Assembly (NCBI GenBank): GCA_017530735.1
Contig: JAFXMB010000057.1
Span: forward strand, 19,275 to 83,274
Reading direction: 5' to 3'
Length of the DNA stretch: 64,000 nt
Origin: Bacteroidaceae bacterium
Lineage (GTDB): Bacteria; Bacteroidota; Bacteroidia; Bacteroidales; Bacteroidaceae
Of this stretch, positions 38,018 to 48,385 are shown in pieces. How positions within the stretch are numbered: the stretch's first letter is position 1; every line of letters begins with the position of its first letter. A program made the translations under genes and the position numbers. The notes below the pieces were generated by a model, which was not told the origin of the DNA, made no database searches, and worked only from the letters and a program-made list of their open reading frames with translations.

Positions 38018-39367
38018 ATGAGAGGCCGTTACATACTGATGCTTGCAGCGTTGTTATCCTGTGTTTCCTGTTTGAAAGATGACAATTCGTACAAAACGCC
38101 GCAGGCCGCCATAACCTCGTTCACTATAGGCTACTATAATGTAAAGTTCCACGACATGAACATTCACGGAAGGGACACCCTTGTAAATATCCGTGAAGGC
38201 GGTATTATGTATCCCATGTCCATAGACCAGGTGAACAACCGTATCTTCAACGTTGATTCCATGGCTTACGGTTCAGACCTCTCAGGAGTGACTACCACCG
38301 TCTACGGAAACGGCACGATAGGATACAGGTATATGGATGATCCCATGGTCAAGTACCTGTGGAGGTCTCAGGATTCAATAGACTTTACCCGTAAGGTACA
38401 GTTCGTTGTCCAGTCAACTGACGGATCCTTTGACAGGGTATATGACGTTCAGGTAAACATCCGCAAGGTATTCCCCGACTCACTTATCTGGAGTGCCCCC
38501 GACACTGTGGGATTCCCCGTCCTTTCCGGTCTTTCATCGGCCGTAAGGAATGACTCGGTATTCTGCTTCGGCACTGACACACTGGGTGCCCCGACGGTAT
38601 CGTTCCGCTCTGTTACAGGCGGCAACTGGACCGGCGCCAACGCCATGGCAGGCATAACCGGCACGGACTGGAGCCACAGGGTTACGGTTTGCAACGGCAA
38701 GTTCTATACCGTATCGGCCAACTCCCTTTACGCATCTTCAGATGCCTTGAACTGGAGTCAGGTCAAATCAGGAATAAAGAGTCTGATTGTTTCAGTAGAT
38801 GATTACGGAATGCTGTGGGCTGTAAGTCAGGACAGCAATCTGGTCAAGTCATCCGATATGACCGATTGGACCACCGTTCAGCGTGTACCGGAGAATTTCC
38901 CCGACTCGGCCGCATACATCATGACTTATCCCCTGGCCACCAACGCCTCTCTGACCAGAAGCGTGATTGCGGGCCTGGGCAGCGACAGCCTGAGCGCATC
39001 AGTATGGACCATCCTCACGGGTGACACCGTCTGGACAAAGGTTGACGTTCCGGCCGATAAGAACCTGCGTCTGCCGGCATCGGCCAGCCTCTCACTGATC
39101 AGGTATGACGGTGCCGTTTACGGTCTTGGACAGGGTCTTGACGGTTTCAGACAGTCCAATGACAACGGTATCACCTGGTACTTGTGCAAGAGTTACGTTG
39201 AGGACTACTCATCGTGGAACCGATACATGCAACTACCCGCAGCGCTTAAGGGATATACATCGGACTTTACCGTAACCACAGACAAAAGGGGTTACATCTG
39301 GATAATGACTGACAACGGATGCGCATGGCGCGGAGCCATCACCCGTCTGATAAATCTGATTAAGTAA
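38018..39367 (+). CDS. lipoprotein of unknown function (DUF6242-like, probable beta-propeller)
   Basis: Lipobox LLSCVSC. It has repeated S/T-x-D-x-x-x-W motifs (SSDALNWSQV, SSDMTDWTTV, SNDNGITWY) like BNR/Asp-box repeats. Confidence 0.45.
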   Translation: MRGRYILMLAALLSCVSCLKDDNSYKTPQAAITSFTIGYYNVKFHDMNIHGRDTLVNIREGGIMYPMSIDQVNNRIFNVDSMAYGSDLSGVTTTVYGNGTIGYRYMDDPMVKYLWRSQDSIDFTRKVQFVVQSTDGSFDRVYDVQVNIRKVFPDSLIWSAPDTVGFPVLSGLSSAVRNDSVFCFGTDTLGAPTVSFRSVTGGNWTGANAMAGITGTDWSHRVTVCNGKFYTVSANSLYASSDALNWSQVKSGIKSLIVSVDDYGMLWAVSQDSNLVKSSDMTDWTTVQRVPENFPDSAAYIMTYPLATNASLTRSVIAGLGSDSLSASVWTILTGDTVWTKVDVPADKNLRLPASASLSLIRYDGAVYGLGQGLDGFRQSNDNGITWYLCKSYVEDYSSWNRYMQLPAALKGYTSDFTVTTDKRGYIWIMTDNGCAWRGAITRLINLIK

Positions 39368-39368
39368 A

Positions 39369-40061
39369 ATGAAAAAAAGACTGACGCTCCTGTCCATGGT
39401 TCTCCTGGCCTGCTGCACTTTTTCAGCTGCACAGGAGGAAGACGGCTATCTGATGGAGATGGGCCTTGGCGGAGGCGGCAGCTTTTATATGGGCGATGCA
39501 AACAGCAGGCTCTACAACAACACCAACGGTGTTTTTTCAGTGCTTGCACGATATAATGTGAATCCCAGGTTCTCGCTTAAGGCAAACCTGTCATCGGCCG
39601 GAATCTCCGGCAGCACGGAGAATGCATACGGTGTCATGCCGGGCGATGAACTCCTTTTCAGCCGCACTCTCTATGATTTCGGAGTGCAGATAGAGTGGGG
39701 TTTCTGCGGATACGGGATGGAAGGATGGAACGGCAACCACCGTCTGGCACCCTACGGCCTGATTGGAATAGGAGCAACGTTCGCCCCCAAACCCGCGCAG
39801 AATGATTTTGCAGCAAATTTCCCTGTTGGACTGGGTCTGAGATACAAACTGTCTGAAAGGGTCAACATAGGTCTGGAGTGGACCATGAGGTTCTCCACGT
39901 CTGACCGCCTTGACGTAACCCATACCGACGGCACGTCACTCCAGGATCCTTTCATGATAAAGGGAAAGGGAATCAAGAACAAGGACAGTTACAGTTTTAC
40001 TATGCTGTATGTTACATTTGATGTTTTCAAACGTCCTTGTCATTGTAACGACCAAGAATAA
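39369..40061 (+). CDS. outer-membrane beta-barrel protein (DUF6089-like)
   Basis: Signal peptide and alternating beta-strand pattern. It occupies the conserved position upstream of uppS-bamA. Confidence 0.5.
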   Translation: MKKRLTLLSMVLLACCTFSAAQEEDGYLMEMGLGGGGSFYMGDANSRLYNNTNGVFSVLARYNVNPRFSLKANLSSAGISGSTENAYGVMPGDELLFSRTLYDFGVQIEWGFCGYGMEGWNGNHRLAPYGLIGIGATFAPKPAQNDFAANFPVGLGLRYKLSERVNIGLEWTMRFSTSDRLDVTHTDGTSLQDPFMIKGKGIKNKDSYSFTMLYVTFDVFKRPCHCNDQE

Positions 40062-40067
40062 AGAGAC

Positions 40068-40823
40068 ATGACATATCAGGAACAATTGGACAAAAGCCGT
40101 ATACCGCAGCACGTGGCCATCATAATGGACGGCAACGGCCGATGGGCCGAGCAACGCGGCAAGCAGCGTACCGAGGGTCATATCCGCGGAGTCGAGGTGG
40201 TTCGTAAGATAATGGAGAATGCAGTAGAACTGGGAATCAGGTACCTTACCCTCTATACCTTCTCCACTGAGAACTGGAACCGTCCCGAGCAGGAGGTGAC
40301 AGCGCTCATGGGACTTCTGTTCAAGAACATTGAGGAGGATGTCTTCATAAAGAACCAGGTCCGTTTCCGCGTGATCGGTGACATAGAGAGACTTCCGGCC
40401 CCGATACAGGCCAAACTGAACGAGTGCATTGAGCACACCAAGGATTTTGACCGTTCCTGCATGGTGCTGGCATTGAGTTACTCCTCACGTTGGGAGATAA
40501 CCCGCGCAGCCAGGATGCTGGCCCAAAAAGCCGCCAACGGAGAACTGAACCCCGATGATATAGATGAGAAGACGGTTTCTGAGAGCATGACCACCAACTT
40601 CATGCCTGATCCCGATCTGCTCATACGTACCGGCGGCGAGATAAGACTCAGTAACTACCTGTTGTGGCAGTCAGCATACACCGAACTCTATTTCTGTGAT
40701 ACTTACTGGCCCGATTTCAATATGGAGGAACTTTGCAAGGCCATACTTGTGTACCAGCAGCGTCAGCGCCGTTTCGGCAAGACCGGTGCTCAGGTGGCTG
40801 CTCAGAACCTCAAACAAGAGTGA
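40068..40823 (+). CDS. uppS: di-trans,poly-cis-undecaprenyl diphosphate synthase
   Basis: Motifs [26 protein letters not shown] and [24 protein letters not shown]. Confidence 0.95.
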   Translation: MTYQEQLDKSRIPQHVAIIMDGNGRWAEQRGKQRTEGHIRGVEVVRKIMENAVELGIRYLTLYTFSTENWNRPEQEVTALMGLLFKNIEEDVFIKNQVRFRVIGDIERLPAPIQAKLNECIEHTKDFDRSCMVLALSYSSRWEITRAARMLAQKAANGELNPDDIDEKTVSESMTTNFMPDPDLLIRTGGEIRLSNYLLWQSAYTELYFCDTYWPDFNMEELCKAILVYQQRQRRFGKTGAQVAAQNLKQE

Positions 40824-43478
40824 ATGATGATGAAGTTTAGATTGAAACATATAATTGTACTGTCACTGCTGATGCTTGCAGGGCTGCCCGTTTCAGCCCA
40901 GACGGATGCTTCCCAGGGTGAGGATAATCCCGTAATTCTCTATTCAGGAACTTCAAAGAGATACGAGATTGCCGACATCACCGTGACAGGCATAGAGGAA
41001 AAGAACCACAAGACCCTGCTTAAACTGTCAGGTCTGGCTGTGGGCCAGCGTCTGGCGGTACCCGGACCGGATATCACCCAGGCCATGAAACGCCTTTGGG
41101 CTACAGGTCTGTTTGCAAATGTCAAGATCAGGGCTCTCAAGATATCGGGTGACAAGATCTGGCTGGAGATGTTCATTGAGCAGAACCCCAAGATCAAGGA
41201 GGTTGTGTTCCATGGAGTACGCAAGGGAGAGGCATCGGAACTTGAGGACAAGATAGGTATGTTCCCCGGCAGCCAGATTACCCAGAACGGACTTAACCGC
41301 TCCGAGAAACTGATACGCAGATACTTTGACGAGAAGGGATTCAAGGATGCCGAAGTACGCGTGCAGCAGCGTTCCGAACCCGATGAGGACGGTCTGGCTT
41401 ATGTTGACGTCTACATAGACAAGAAGGATAAGGTAAAAGTCCGCACCATACACCTGGAAGGCAATGAGGCCTTTACTGACAAGCGCATCAAGCGCATCAT
41501 GAAGAAAACCAATGAGAAGGGTAAACTGACTGAGTTCTTCCGCACCAAGAAGTTTGTCAATGAGGAGTATGAGGGCGATAAGGACAAGATCCTTGAAAAA
41601 TACGGTGAGTTGGGTTACCGCGATGCCGTCATAGTATTTGACAGCGTGGCATCCAACCGTAATGACAATACCGTTGACGTATTTATGAAGATTGAGGAGG
41701 GTGACCAGTATTACATCCGCTTCATCAATTTTGTCGGTAACACGGTTTACACCAACGAGGAATTGTCTTCTATGCTGGGCATGAAGAGAGGTGATGTCTA
41801 CAACCAGAAGAAACTGGAAGGCCGTACCCGCACCGATGAGGACGCCATAAACAAGTTGTACTTCAACAACGGTTACGTAATGCTTACGCTCGATGTTGTT
41901 GAGTGCAATATTGTAGGTGACTCAGTTGACCTTGAGATCCGTCTGGCCGAGGGCCCGCAGGCTACCATCAACCGCGTTGATATTCACGGAAACGACCGTG
42001 TCTATGAGAACGTGGTAAGACGTGAACTCTACACCCGTCCGGGCGACATATTCTCATATGAGAACTTTGAGAACACATACCGTGTCCTGGCCAATATGGG
42101 TCATTTTGAGCAGACCACCATCAACTATGACATGAAGCCTGATCCCGCCAACGGAACGGTTGACCTGGACTGGCAGCTTGAAAGCAAGGGTAACGACCAG
42201 GTTGAACTCTCCATGGGTTGGGGCCAGACAGGTCTTATTGGAAGAATAGCACTCAAGTTCACCAACTTCTCCACGTACAATCTGTTCCACAGAAGTAACA
42301 ACCGCCGTCTGCTGCTGCCTCAGGGTGACGGACAGACCCTGTCATTCAGCGGTCAGACCAACGGTCAGTTCTACCATTCCTACAGCATATCATTCCTTGA
42401 GCCGTGGCTTGGAGGCAAACGTCCCAATTCTCTGTCGGTAAGCCTGTTCTATTCAAAACAGACCGATATAAGCAGCAACTACTACAATTCCGCCTACTAT
42501 CAGAACATGTACAACTACATGTACGGATACGGTAACTACTACGGAAACTACGGTAATTACGGCTATTATGACAACTATGAGTCATACTATGATCCTGACA
42601 AGTATATCACAATGCTGGGAGCCAGTGTAGGTTGGGGTAAGAGATTGCACTGGCCGGATTACCATTTCACTTTCTACACTGAACTCTCTTACACCCGATA
42701 CAAACTCAAGCAGTGGGATTACTTCCTGATCAACAACGGAACATGTAACAACATCAACCTTGGATTCACTCTGGGCCGCAGTACCATCAACCATCCGTAC
42801 TTCCCCACTTCAGGTTCTGAATTCTCATTCTCCGCATATTTCACACCTCCTTACTCACTGTGGGACGGAGTAGACTACGAACACCTGGCAGCAGACCGTA
42901 CATCGGCCTCTTATCAGGATGAGTTGCGTCAGAAACACAAGTGGATTGAGTACAACAAGTGGAAGTTCCGCAGCCGTACCTACACAGCACTCACACACGG
43001 TGTAAAGAGAAGACTTGTGCTCATGACCCGCTTTGACGTAGGTTTGCTGGGACACTACAACAAGTACAAGAAGTCTCCGTTTGAGACCTTCATGGTGGGT
43101 GGTGACGGTATGTCAGGAGGATCATACACCTATGCAACCGAGATTGTGGGTCTGCGCGGTTATGACAACGGTTCACTCACTCCTTACTCTGACGGTTACG
43201 CCTATACACGTATGGGTGCCGAACTCCGTTATCCGCTGTTGAACGAGAATTCAACCATCATATATGCCCTGGCATTTGTTGAGGGCGGTAACGCATGGAA
43301 CAGCATCGGCAAGTTCAATCCGTTTGACCTGAAACGTTCAGCCGGAGCAGGTGTCCGTATATTCCTGCCTATGATCGGTATGATGGGTATTGACTGGGCT
43401 TACGGCTTTGATCCTATCATGGGTTCAAGGAAGTACGGAGGCAGTCAGGTACACTTCGTCCTGGGTCAGGAATTTTAA
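40824..43478 (+). CDS. bamA: outer membrane protein assembly factor BamA
   Basis: 884 aa with a signal peptide, POTRA repeats, an Omp85 barrel and a C-terminal ...HFVLGQEF. It follows uppS with no intergenic gap (uppS stop 40821-40823, ATG 40824). It contains a Tyr/Asn/Gly-rich insert. Confidence 0.9.
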   Translation: MMMKFRLKHIIVLSLLMLAGLPVSAQTDASQGEDNPVILYSGTSKRYEIADITVTGIEEKNHKTLLKLSGLAVGQRLAVPGPDITQAMKRLWATGLFANVKIRALKISGDKIWLEMFIEQNPKIKEVVFHGVRKGEASELEDKIGMFPGSQITQNGLNRSEKLIRRYFDEKGFKDAEVRVQQRSEPDEDGLAYVDVYIDKKDKVKVRTIHLEGNEAFTDKRIKRIMKKTNEKGKLTEFFRTKKFVNEEYEGDKDKILEKYGELGYRDAVIVFDSVASNRNDNTVDVFMKIEEGDQYYIRFINFVGNTVYTNEELSSMLGMKRGDVYNQKKLEGRTRTDEDAINKLYFNNGYVMLTLDVVECNIVGDSVDLEIRLAEGPQATINRVDIHGNDRVYENVVRRELYTRPGDIFSYENFENTYRVLANMGHFEQTTINYDMKPDPANGTVDLDWQLESKGNDQVELSMGWGQTGLIGRIALKFTNFSTYNLFHRSNNRRLLLPQGDGQTLSFSGQTNGQFYHSYSISFLEPWLGGKRPNSLSVSLFYSKQTDISSNYYNSAYYQNMYNYMYGYGNYYGNYGNYGYYDNYESYYDPDKYITMLGASVGWGKRLHWPDYHFTFYTELSYTRYKLKQWDYFLINNGTCNNINLGFTLGRSTINHPYFPTSGSEFSFSAYFTPPYSLWDGVDYEHLAADRTSASYQDELRQKHKWIEYNKWKFRSRTYTALTHGVKRRLVLMTRFDVGLLGHYNKYKKSPFETFMVGGDGMSGGSYTYATEIVGLRGYDNGSLTPYSDGYAYTRMGAELRYPLLNENSTIIYALAFVEGGNAWNSIGKFNPFDLKRSAGAGVRIFLPMIGMMGIDWAYGFDPIMGSRKYGGSQVHFVLGQEF

Positions 43479-43534
43479 CCTGTACGGACAACCCGTTATA
43501 TTATAAGTAGAACAACACTGAAAAAAATACGCTT

Positions 43535-44050
43535 ATGAAAAAGTCATTATCATTTGCAGCCATGTTGCTGCTTGTTTGCATCAGTGCCGGTGCACAGAAA
43601 TTCGCATTGGTAGATATGGAGTATATCCTTAACAGGATTCCCGCATATGAGCGCGCTAACGAACAGCTCAATCAGTTCTCAAAACGCTGGCAGGCAGAGG
43701 TTGAGGCTCTGAACCTTGAGGCCCAGACCCTTTACAAGAACTACCAGAATGAGGCTCTCTTCCTCTCAGAGGAGCAGAAGGCCAAGAAAGAGGATGAGAT
43801 TGTAGCCAAGGAGAAGCAGGCCAGTGACCTGAAGCGTCAGTATTTCGGCCCGGAGGGAGAACTCTACAAGAAGCAGGAGAGTCTTATGGCTCCCATACAG
43901 GATGAGATTTACGAGGCCATCAAGCAGATCAGCGAGGCAGAGGGCTATCAGGCTGTGATAGACCGTTCATCGGCTGCAAGTATGATTTACGCCTCACCAA
44001 AGATTGACATCAGCAATGAGGTACTCAAGAAACTGGGTTATTCAAACTAA
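43535..44050 (+). CDS. OmpH/Skp family periplasmic chaperone
   Basis: Signal peptide followed by a Gln/Glu/Lys-rich coiled coil; conserved position after bamA. Confidence 0.85.
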   Translation: MKKSLSFAAMLLLVCISAGAQKFALVDMEYILNRIPAYERANEQLNQFSKRWQAEVEALNLEAQTLYKNYQNEALFLSEEQKAKKEDEIVAKEKQASDLKRQYFGPEGELYKKQESLMAPIQDEIYEAIKQISEAEGYQAVIDRSSAASMIYASPKIDISNEVLKKLGYSN

Positions 44051-44104
44051 TTGCATATCTTTGCTATCCGTTATGCCTTAATCAGAAACAAAAACAACGC
44101 AATA

Positions 44105-44608
44105 ATGAAAAAGACTATTATCATTGCCCTTATGGCAATTCTGCCGTTTGGCGCATTCGCACAGAAATTCGGACATATCAATTCGGCCGATATCATTCCT
44201 TTGATGACTGAGTATAAGACAGCCCAGGCAGAGCTTGAGGATCTTCAGAAACAGTACAGGGAAGAGCTCAACTATATGCAGACTGAGTATCAGAAGAAAG
44301 AGGATGATTATCTGACCAACCGCGAGTCACTCCCCGAGAGCATACGTACCCGCAGGGAGCAGGAACTTGGCGAGAGCCAGCAGAAGATAGCTCAGTACTA
44401 TCAGGATTGCCAGGTTAATCTGGAGCAGAAGCAGATGGAACTTCAGAACGGTATCAACACCAAACTTCAGAAGGCTATCCAGGCTGTAGGTGAAGAGGGC
44501 GGTTATATCTGCATCTTTGACGTAGCCGGCGGCGGTGTTCCTTATGTAAGTTCTACTCTTACCACCGATGCTACCGAGGCCGTTAAAGGCAAGCTTGGAA
44601 TAAAGTAA
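44105..44608 (+). CDS. OmpH/Skp family periplasmic chaperone (second copy)
   Basis: The start is set at the ATG at 44105 (MKKTIIIALMAILPFGAFAQKFGHI); the track start is a TTG. Confidence 0.85.
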   Translation: MKKTIIIALMAILPFGAFAQKFGHINSADIIPLMTEYKTAQAELEDLQKQYREELNYMQTEYQKKEDDYLTNRESLPESIRTRREQELGESQQKIAQYYQDCQVNLEQKQMELQNGINTKLQKAIQAVGEEGGYICIFDVAGGGVPYVSSTLTTDATEAVKGKLGIK

Positions 44609-44627
44609 TATTCTTTACACTATACAG

Positions 44628-44663
44628 TTAAGGGGAACCGGCACTATGTCCGATTCCCCTTAA
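44628..44663 (+). other. intergenic hairpin between the second and third ompH genes
   Basis: TTAAGGGGAA (44628-44637) pairs perfectly with TTCCCCTTAA (44654-44663) around a 16-nt loop. There is no clear T-run. Confidence 0.6.
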
Positions 44664-44685
44664 TGGCTAAAACTAACCCGATATT

Positions 44686-45273
44686 ATGAAAGTCAGAATC
44701 CTTCTTGCTCTAACCTTTGCAAATGCCTTCCTGACGCTCTCAGCACAGGAGGGTAAGTTCGGTTTTATAGATTTCAACGCCACATTGAGACGTATGCCGG
44801 ACTATATAGAGGCCGAAGCCAACCTCCGTAATATACAGTCAGTATATCAGGATGAACTGGACAGGTCCAAACGGGAATTTGAACGCCAGTACATAGAATT
44901 CATGCTGGAGCAGGATCATCTGTCGGCATCAATCGTTGCCAAAAGACAGAAGGAGTTGCAACTGATGATGGACAACAACGTACAGTTCCGGGATGACGTT
45001 CAGATGGAACTGGAAGCAAAGCGTGACGAACTGCTCATTCCGCTCCAGAAGAAACTGCTTAACGCAGTACAGGAGGTAAGCACCGAACTGAACCTTGACT
45101 ATGTGGTGGATACAGGAAAAGGAACCTATCTCTATATAAACCAGGAGAGAGGCGTGGATATATCAGATCAGGTTGGTTCACGGCTCGGTATAGAGAAGAA
45201 GGTAGAAAAGGTTGTTGAGGGAGGACAGCCGGTACTCAATGCAGAAGGAAACGACAATAACATAGAACAATGA
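44686..45273 (+). CDS. OmpH/Skp-like protein (third, more divergent copy)
   Basis: Signal peptide, and the same FGFIDF...coiled-coil...LDYVVD layout as the two preceding genes. Confidence 0.7.
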   Translation: MKVRILLALTFANAFLTLSAQEGKFGFIDFNATLRRMPDYIEAEANLRNIQSVYQDELDRSKREFERQYIEFMLEQDHLSASIVAKRQKELQLMMDNNVQFRDDVQMELEAKRDELLIPLQKKLLNAVQEVSTELNLDYVVDTGKGTYLYINQERGVDISDQVGSRLGIEKKVEKVVEGGQPVLNAEGNDNNIEQ

Positions 45274-46112
45274 GCAAGACCATTTTGTCCGAAAAGCCCG
45301 GTCCCATCGGTATTTTTGATTCAGGTTACGGTGGTTTGACCATTCTGAAGCATATCCAGAGTGCTATGCCGGAGTATGATTTCATCTATCTGGGAGACAA
45401 TGCCCGTACCCCTTACGGCACCCGTTCCTTCCAGGTGGTGTATGAATTCACCCTTCAGTGCGTGACCAAGCTTTTTGAGATGGGATGCCATCTTGTGATA
45501 CTGGCCTGCAATACGGCATCGGCCAAGGCACTGAGAACAATACAGCAGATTGACCTGCCCCGTCTGGATGCCACCCGCAGAGTACTGGGAATAATCCGTC
45601 CTACTGTCGAATCCATCGGTGAATTGACCCAGTCACGTCACGTGGGTTTGCTGGCAACACCCGGTACCGTCAAGTCACTTTCCTATCCCCTTGAGATAAA
45701 CAAACTCTTTCCTGACATTGTGGTTACAGGTGAGTCATGCCCCATCTGGGTGCCGCTGGTTGAATCCGGCGAGTCCCAGTCAGACGGTGCAGACTTCTTT
45801 GTAAAGCAGCATATTGACAACCTGCTTGCCAAGGACGGAGAGATAGATACCATCATCCTGGGTTGCACCCACTATCCGCTGCTTCTGGACAAGATTCGCA
45901 AGTATGTACCCCAGGGCATTAAGATCATCTCCCAGGGTGAGTATGTGGCTTCATCACTGAAACTCTACATGGAGAGACACCCTGAAATGGATGCCCGCTG
46001 CACCAAGGGATCAACCTGCCGCTACTACACCACGGAGTCTCTGGATACGTTCCTTCCCAACGCATCCATTTTCCTGAATTCGGCCGTTGACGCCGATTCA
46101 ATCACTCTCTGA
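45270..46112 (+). CDS. murI: glutamate racemase
   Basis: Motifs IGIFDSGYGGLT, LACNTAS and ILGCTHYP (two catalytic Cys contexts). Confidence 0.93.
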   Translation: MSKTILSEKPGPIGIFDSGYGGLTILKHIQSAMPEYDFIYLGDNARTPYGTRSFQVVYEFTLQCVTKLFEMGCHLVILACNTASAKALRTIQQIDLPRLDATRRVLGIIRPTVESIGELTQSRHVGLLATPGTVKSLSYPLEINKLFPDIVVTGESCPIWVPLVESGESQSDGADFFVKQHIDNLLAKDGEIDTIILGCTHYPLLLDKIRKYVPQGIKIISQGEYVASSLKLYMERHPEMDARCTKGSTCRYYTTESLDTFLPNASIFLNSAVDADSITL

Positions 46113-47336
46113 TTTGCGTATGAAACGTCGGGCAATGGGCCCGATGGGACGTACCGACAGGAAACTGACCACAAGAACTGTGATCAGCACAAGTACTATG
46201 TCCTGAATCTTGATGCTGACGGGATAGGCATCGACAATGAAATTACCTGCCGTTCCCAGCGATATGAATCCGTATTTCTGCTGCAGGAGCACCGCTATCA
46301 CGCCAAGTATCAGACCGCCCACCGCGCCTATGAGCGAGATGAGCACTCCGTTGATGATGAATATCCTCTCAACGGTTTTCTGCTCGGCTCCCATGCTCTC
46401 CAACAGTCCTGCATCTTTCTGCTTCTCGACCATGAGCATTATGAGTGAACCTATGATATTGAAGCATGAAATGAGCAGTATGAATGTCAGGAACAGGTAA
46501 GAGATGAACTTTTCCATCTTGAATACCTTGAATACATCTTTCTGCTGGTGCAGACGGTCCTGAACCTCGAATTCGGGGCCCATCAGTGACTCAAGTTCAT
46601 GTATTGCCTTACGCAGTGAAGTACCCTCTTTTGTCTTTATCTCCAGGGCCGATGCCTCTCCCTGGCGGTCAGTCAACTGCTGAGCCAGGTCAAGTGACAC
46701 AAGTACGTAGTTGTCATCATATTTCTCCTGTTCAACGCAGAATACCACGCCCGGCGAGTAGACGCTTGCCTGGTTGAATGAGGTGGCGGGATTGACCGTG
46801 CTTACACGTCCCTCTTTCTTGGGAACATACAGATACAGAGGGTAGGCGGGTTTCATTCCGCAGTCCATGCGGTTCATAAGTCCCACTCCCATTATGGCGT
46901 AGTGGCAGACCTCATCTTCAAGCATGTAGATGCCGCCGCCCTTGAGCACGTTCTCTATGTTGACCAGGTCATGGAAGTTGTCATCCACGCCCTTGATCAT
47001 GGTTATCTGCTGTTTGCTCTTGTAACTAATGAGCGCCTGCTCTTCGAGAGAGAAGGAATATACATCGACGAAATCAAGCTGACGTGCCTTGCTGATACGC
47101 TCGTCGTCGATACTGAAGAATTTCCTGTTGGCCGATACCACCTTGATCTCAGGATCAAAATCCCTGAACAGCGATTCCACAAGGTCATGGAATCCGTTGA
47201 ATACCGAAAGGGTGCATATGAGAGCGAACGATGCCAGCATGATACCTGCCACCGATATGGCGGATATCACGTTTATGACGTTGTGGCTCTTCTTTGCAAA
47301 GAGATAACGGCGTGCTATGTAGAACGGGAAATTCAC
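46098..47336 (-). CDS. FtsX-like ABC transporter permease (LolC/E-like)
   Basis: N-terminus NFPFYIARRYLFAKKSH, a large periplasmic loop, and three C-terminal TM helices. It has a GTG start overlapping the rbfA stop. The 3' end overlaps the convergent murI by 15 nt. Confidence 0.8.
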   Translation of the reverse strand: MNFPFYIARRYLFAKKSHNVINVISAISVAGIMLASFALICTLSVFNGFHDLVESLFRDFDPEIKVVSANRKFFSIDDERISKARQLDFVDVYSFSLEEQALISYKSKQQITMIKGVDDNFHDLVNIENVLKGGGIYMLEDEVCHYAIMGVGLMNRMDCGMKPAYPLYLYVPKKEGRVSTVNPATSFNQASVYSPGVVFCVEQEKYDDNYVLVSLDLAQQLTDRQGEASALEIKTKEGTSLRKAIHELESLMGPEFEVQDRLHQQKDVFKVFKMEKFISYLFLTFILLISCFNIIGSLIMLMVEKQKDAGLLESMGAEQKTVERIFIINGVLISLIGAVGGLILGVIAVLLQQKYGFISLGTAGNFIVDAYPVSIKIQDIVLVLITVLVVSFLSVRPIGPIARRFIRKSESD

Positions 47337-47668
47337 TTCTTGAGCAGTTCGTCTATATGGGCCATGTAATCAATGGTCTTGTCAAGGAAGAAACGCAGTT
47401 CCGGAATGATGCGGAGTTGATGTCTCACCCTCTGGCCAAGGTCATATCTGATTTCCTTTACGTTGTTGTTGATGTTCTTCACCGTCTCCTCACCCTTTTC
47501 AGAAGGGAATATGCTCAGATAGACGCTGGCAATGCTCAGGTCACTGCTTATCTTGACCTCACTGACCGTAATCATCAGTCCTTTGGTGAGTTTTGTCTGA
47601 TAGAGGAACAACTCGCTCAGTTCCTTCTGGATGAGCCTTGAAATCTTCTGTTGTCTTGTACTGTCCAT
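47333..47668 (-). CDS. rbfA: 30S ribosome-binding factor RbfA
   Basis: 111 aa, with RQQKISRLIQKELSELF and VSEVKISSDLSIASVYLS. Confidence 0.88.
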   Translation of the reverse strand: MDSTRQQKISRLIQKELSELFLYQTKLTKGLMITVSEVKISSDLSIASVYLSIFPSEKGEETVKNINNNVKEIRYDLGQRVRHQLRIIPELRFFLDKTIDYMAHIDELLKK

Positions 47669-47676
47669 ATCGTGTC

Positions 47677-48342
47677 TTATTTTTTCCTGATAATTGTAAG
47701 GCCGTCACGGATGGGAATCATTGCCACCTCCACGCGGCCATCGGCCCTGACCATGTCGTTGAACTCACGTACAGCCACGGTCTGGGGGTCAGAGTCATAC
47801 TCTTGTTCTACCACGTGACCGTCCCAGAGGGTGTTGTCGGCAATCATGTAACCGCCGGGCCTGAGATACTCCAGAAGCGATGTAAAGTACCGGGGGTACT
47901 CCCTCTTTTCACCGTCCAGGAATATCATGTCAAACTGCAGACCCAGTCCGGGAACTATGTTGAGAGCATCGCCTATATGCAGGTGAATACGGTCTGAATA
48001 GGGTGACTTTTCAAAACCTTTACGGATAAAATCCTCCAATTCATCGTCAATTTCAACCGTATGTATCACTCCGCCGTCATCCAGTCCCTCGGCCATGCAG
48101 AGTGTGGCATAACCGGTAAAGGTTCCCACCTCAAGGATCAGTTGCGGTCGTATCATTCTGACCAGCATCTTGAGCAGACGCCCCTGAATATGGCCCGATG
48201 CCATACGCGGATTGAGCAGTCTGAGGTTGGTCTGGCGGTAGATGTCTCTCAAAAGAGCGCTCTCGGGCTCTATGTGAGCCGATATGTACTCTTCCAGGAG
48301 GTCTTCACCCGTATAACCTATACCTTGTCCCGATGTAGCCAT
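47677..48342 (-). CDS. class I SAM-dependent O-methyltransferase (family 3, caffeoyl-CoA OMT/TrmR-like)
   Basis: Motifs ILEVGTFTGYATLCMAEGL, FDMIFLDGEKREY and ADNTLWDGHV. Confidence 0.8.
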   Translation of the reverse strand: MATSGQGIGYTGEDLLEEYISAHIEPESALLRDIYRQTNLRLLNPRMASGHIQGRLLKMLVRMIRPQLILEVGTFTGYATLCMAEGLDDGGVIHTVEIDDELEDFIRKGFEKSPYSDRIHLHIGDALNIVPGLGLQFDMIFLDGEKREYPRYFTSLLEYLRPGGYMIADNTLWDGHVVEQEYDSDPQTVAVREFNDMVRADGRVEVAMIPIRDGLTIIRKK

Positions 48343-48349
48343 AATTTGT

Positions 48350-48357
48350 TATCTTTG
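48350..48357 (+). promoter_or_regulatory. candidate -7 box TATCTTTG for xerD
   Basis: Matches TAnnTTTG, 28 nt upstream of the ATG at 48386. Confidence 0.4.
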
Positions 48358-48385
48358 TGCAAAGTTAATCGGTTTTTCTGACAAT

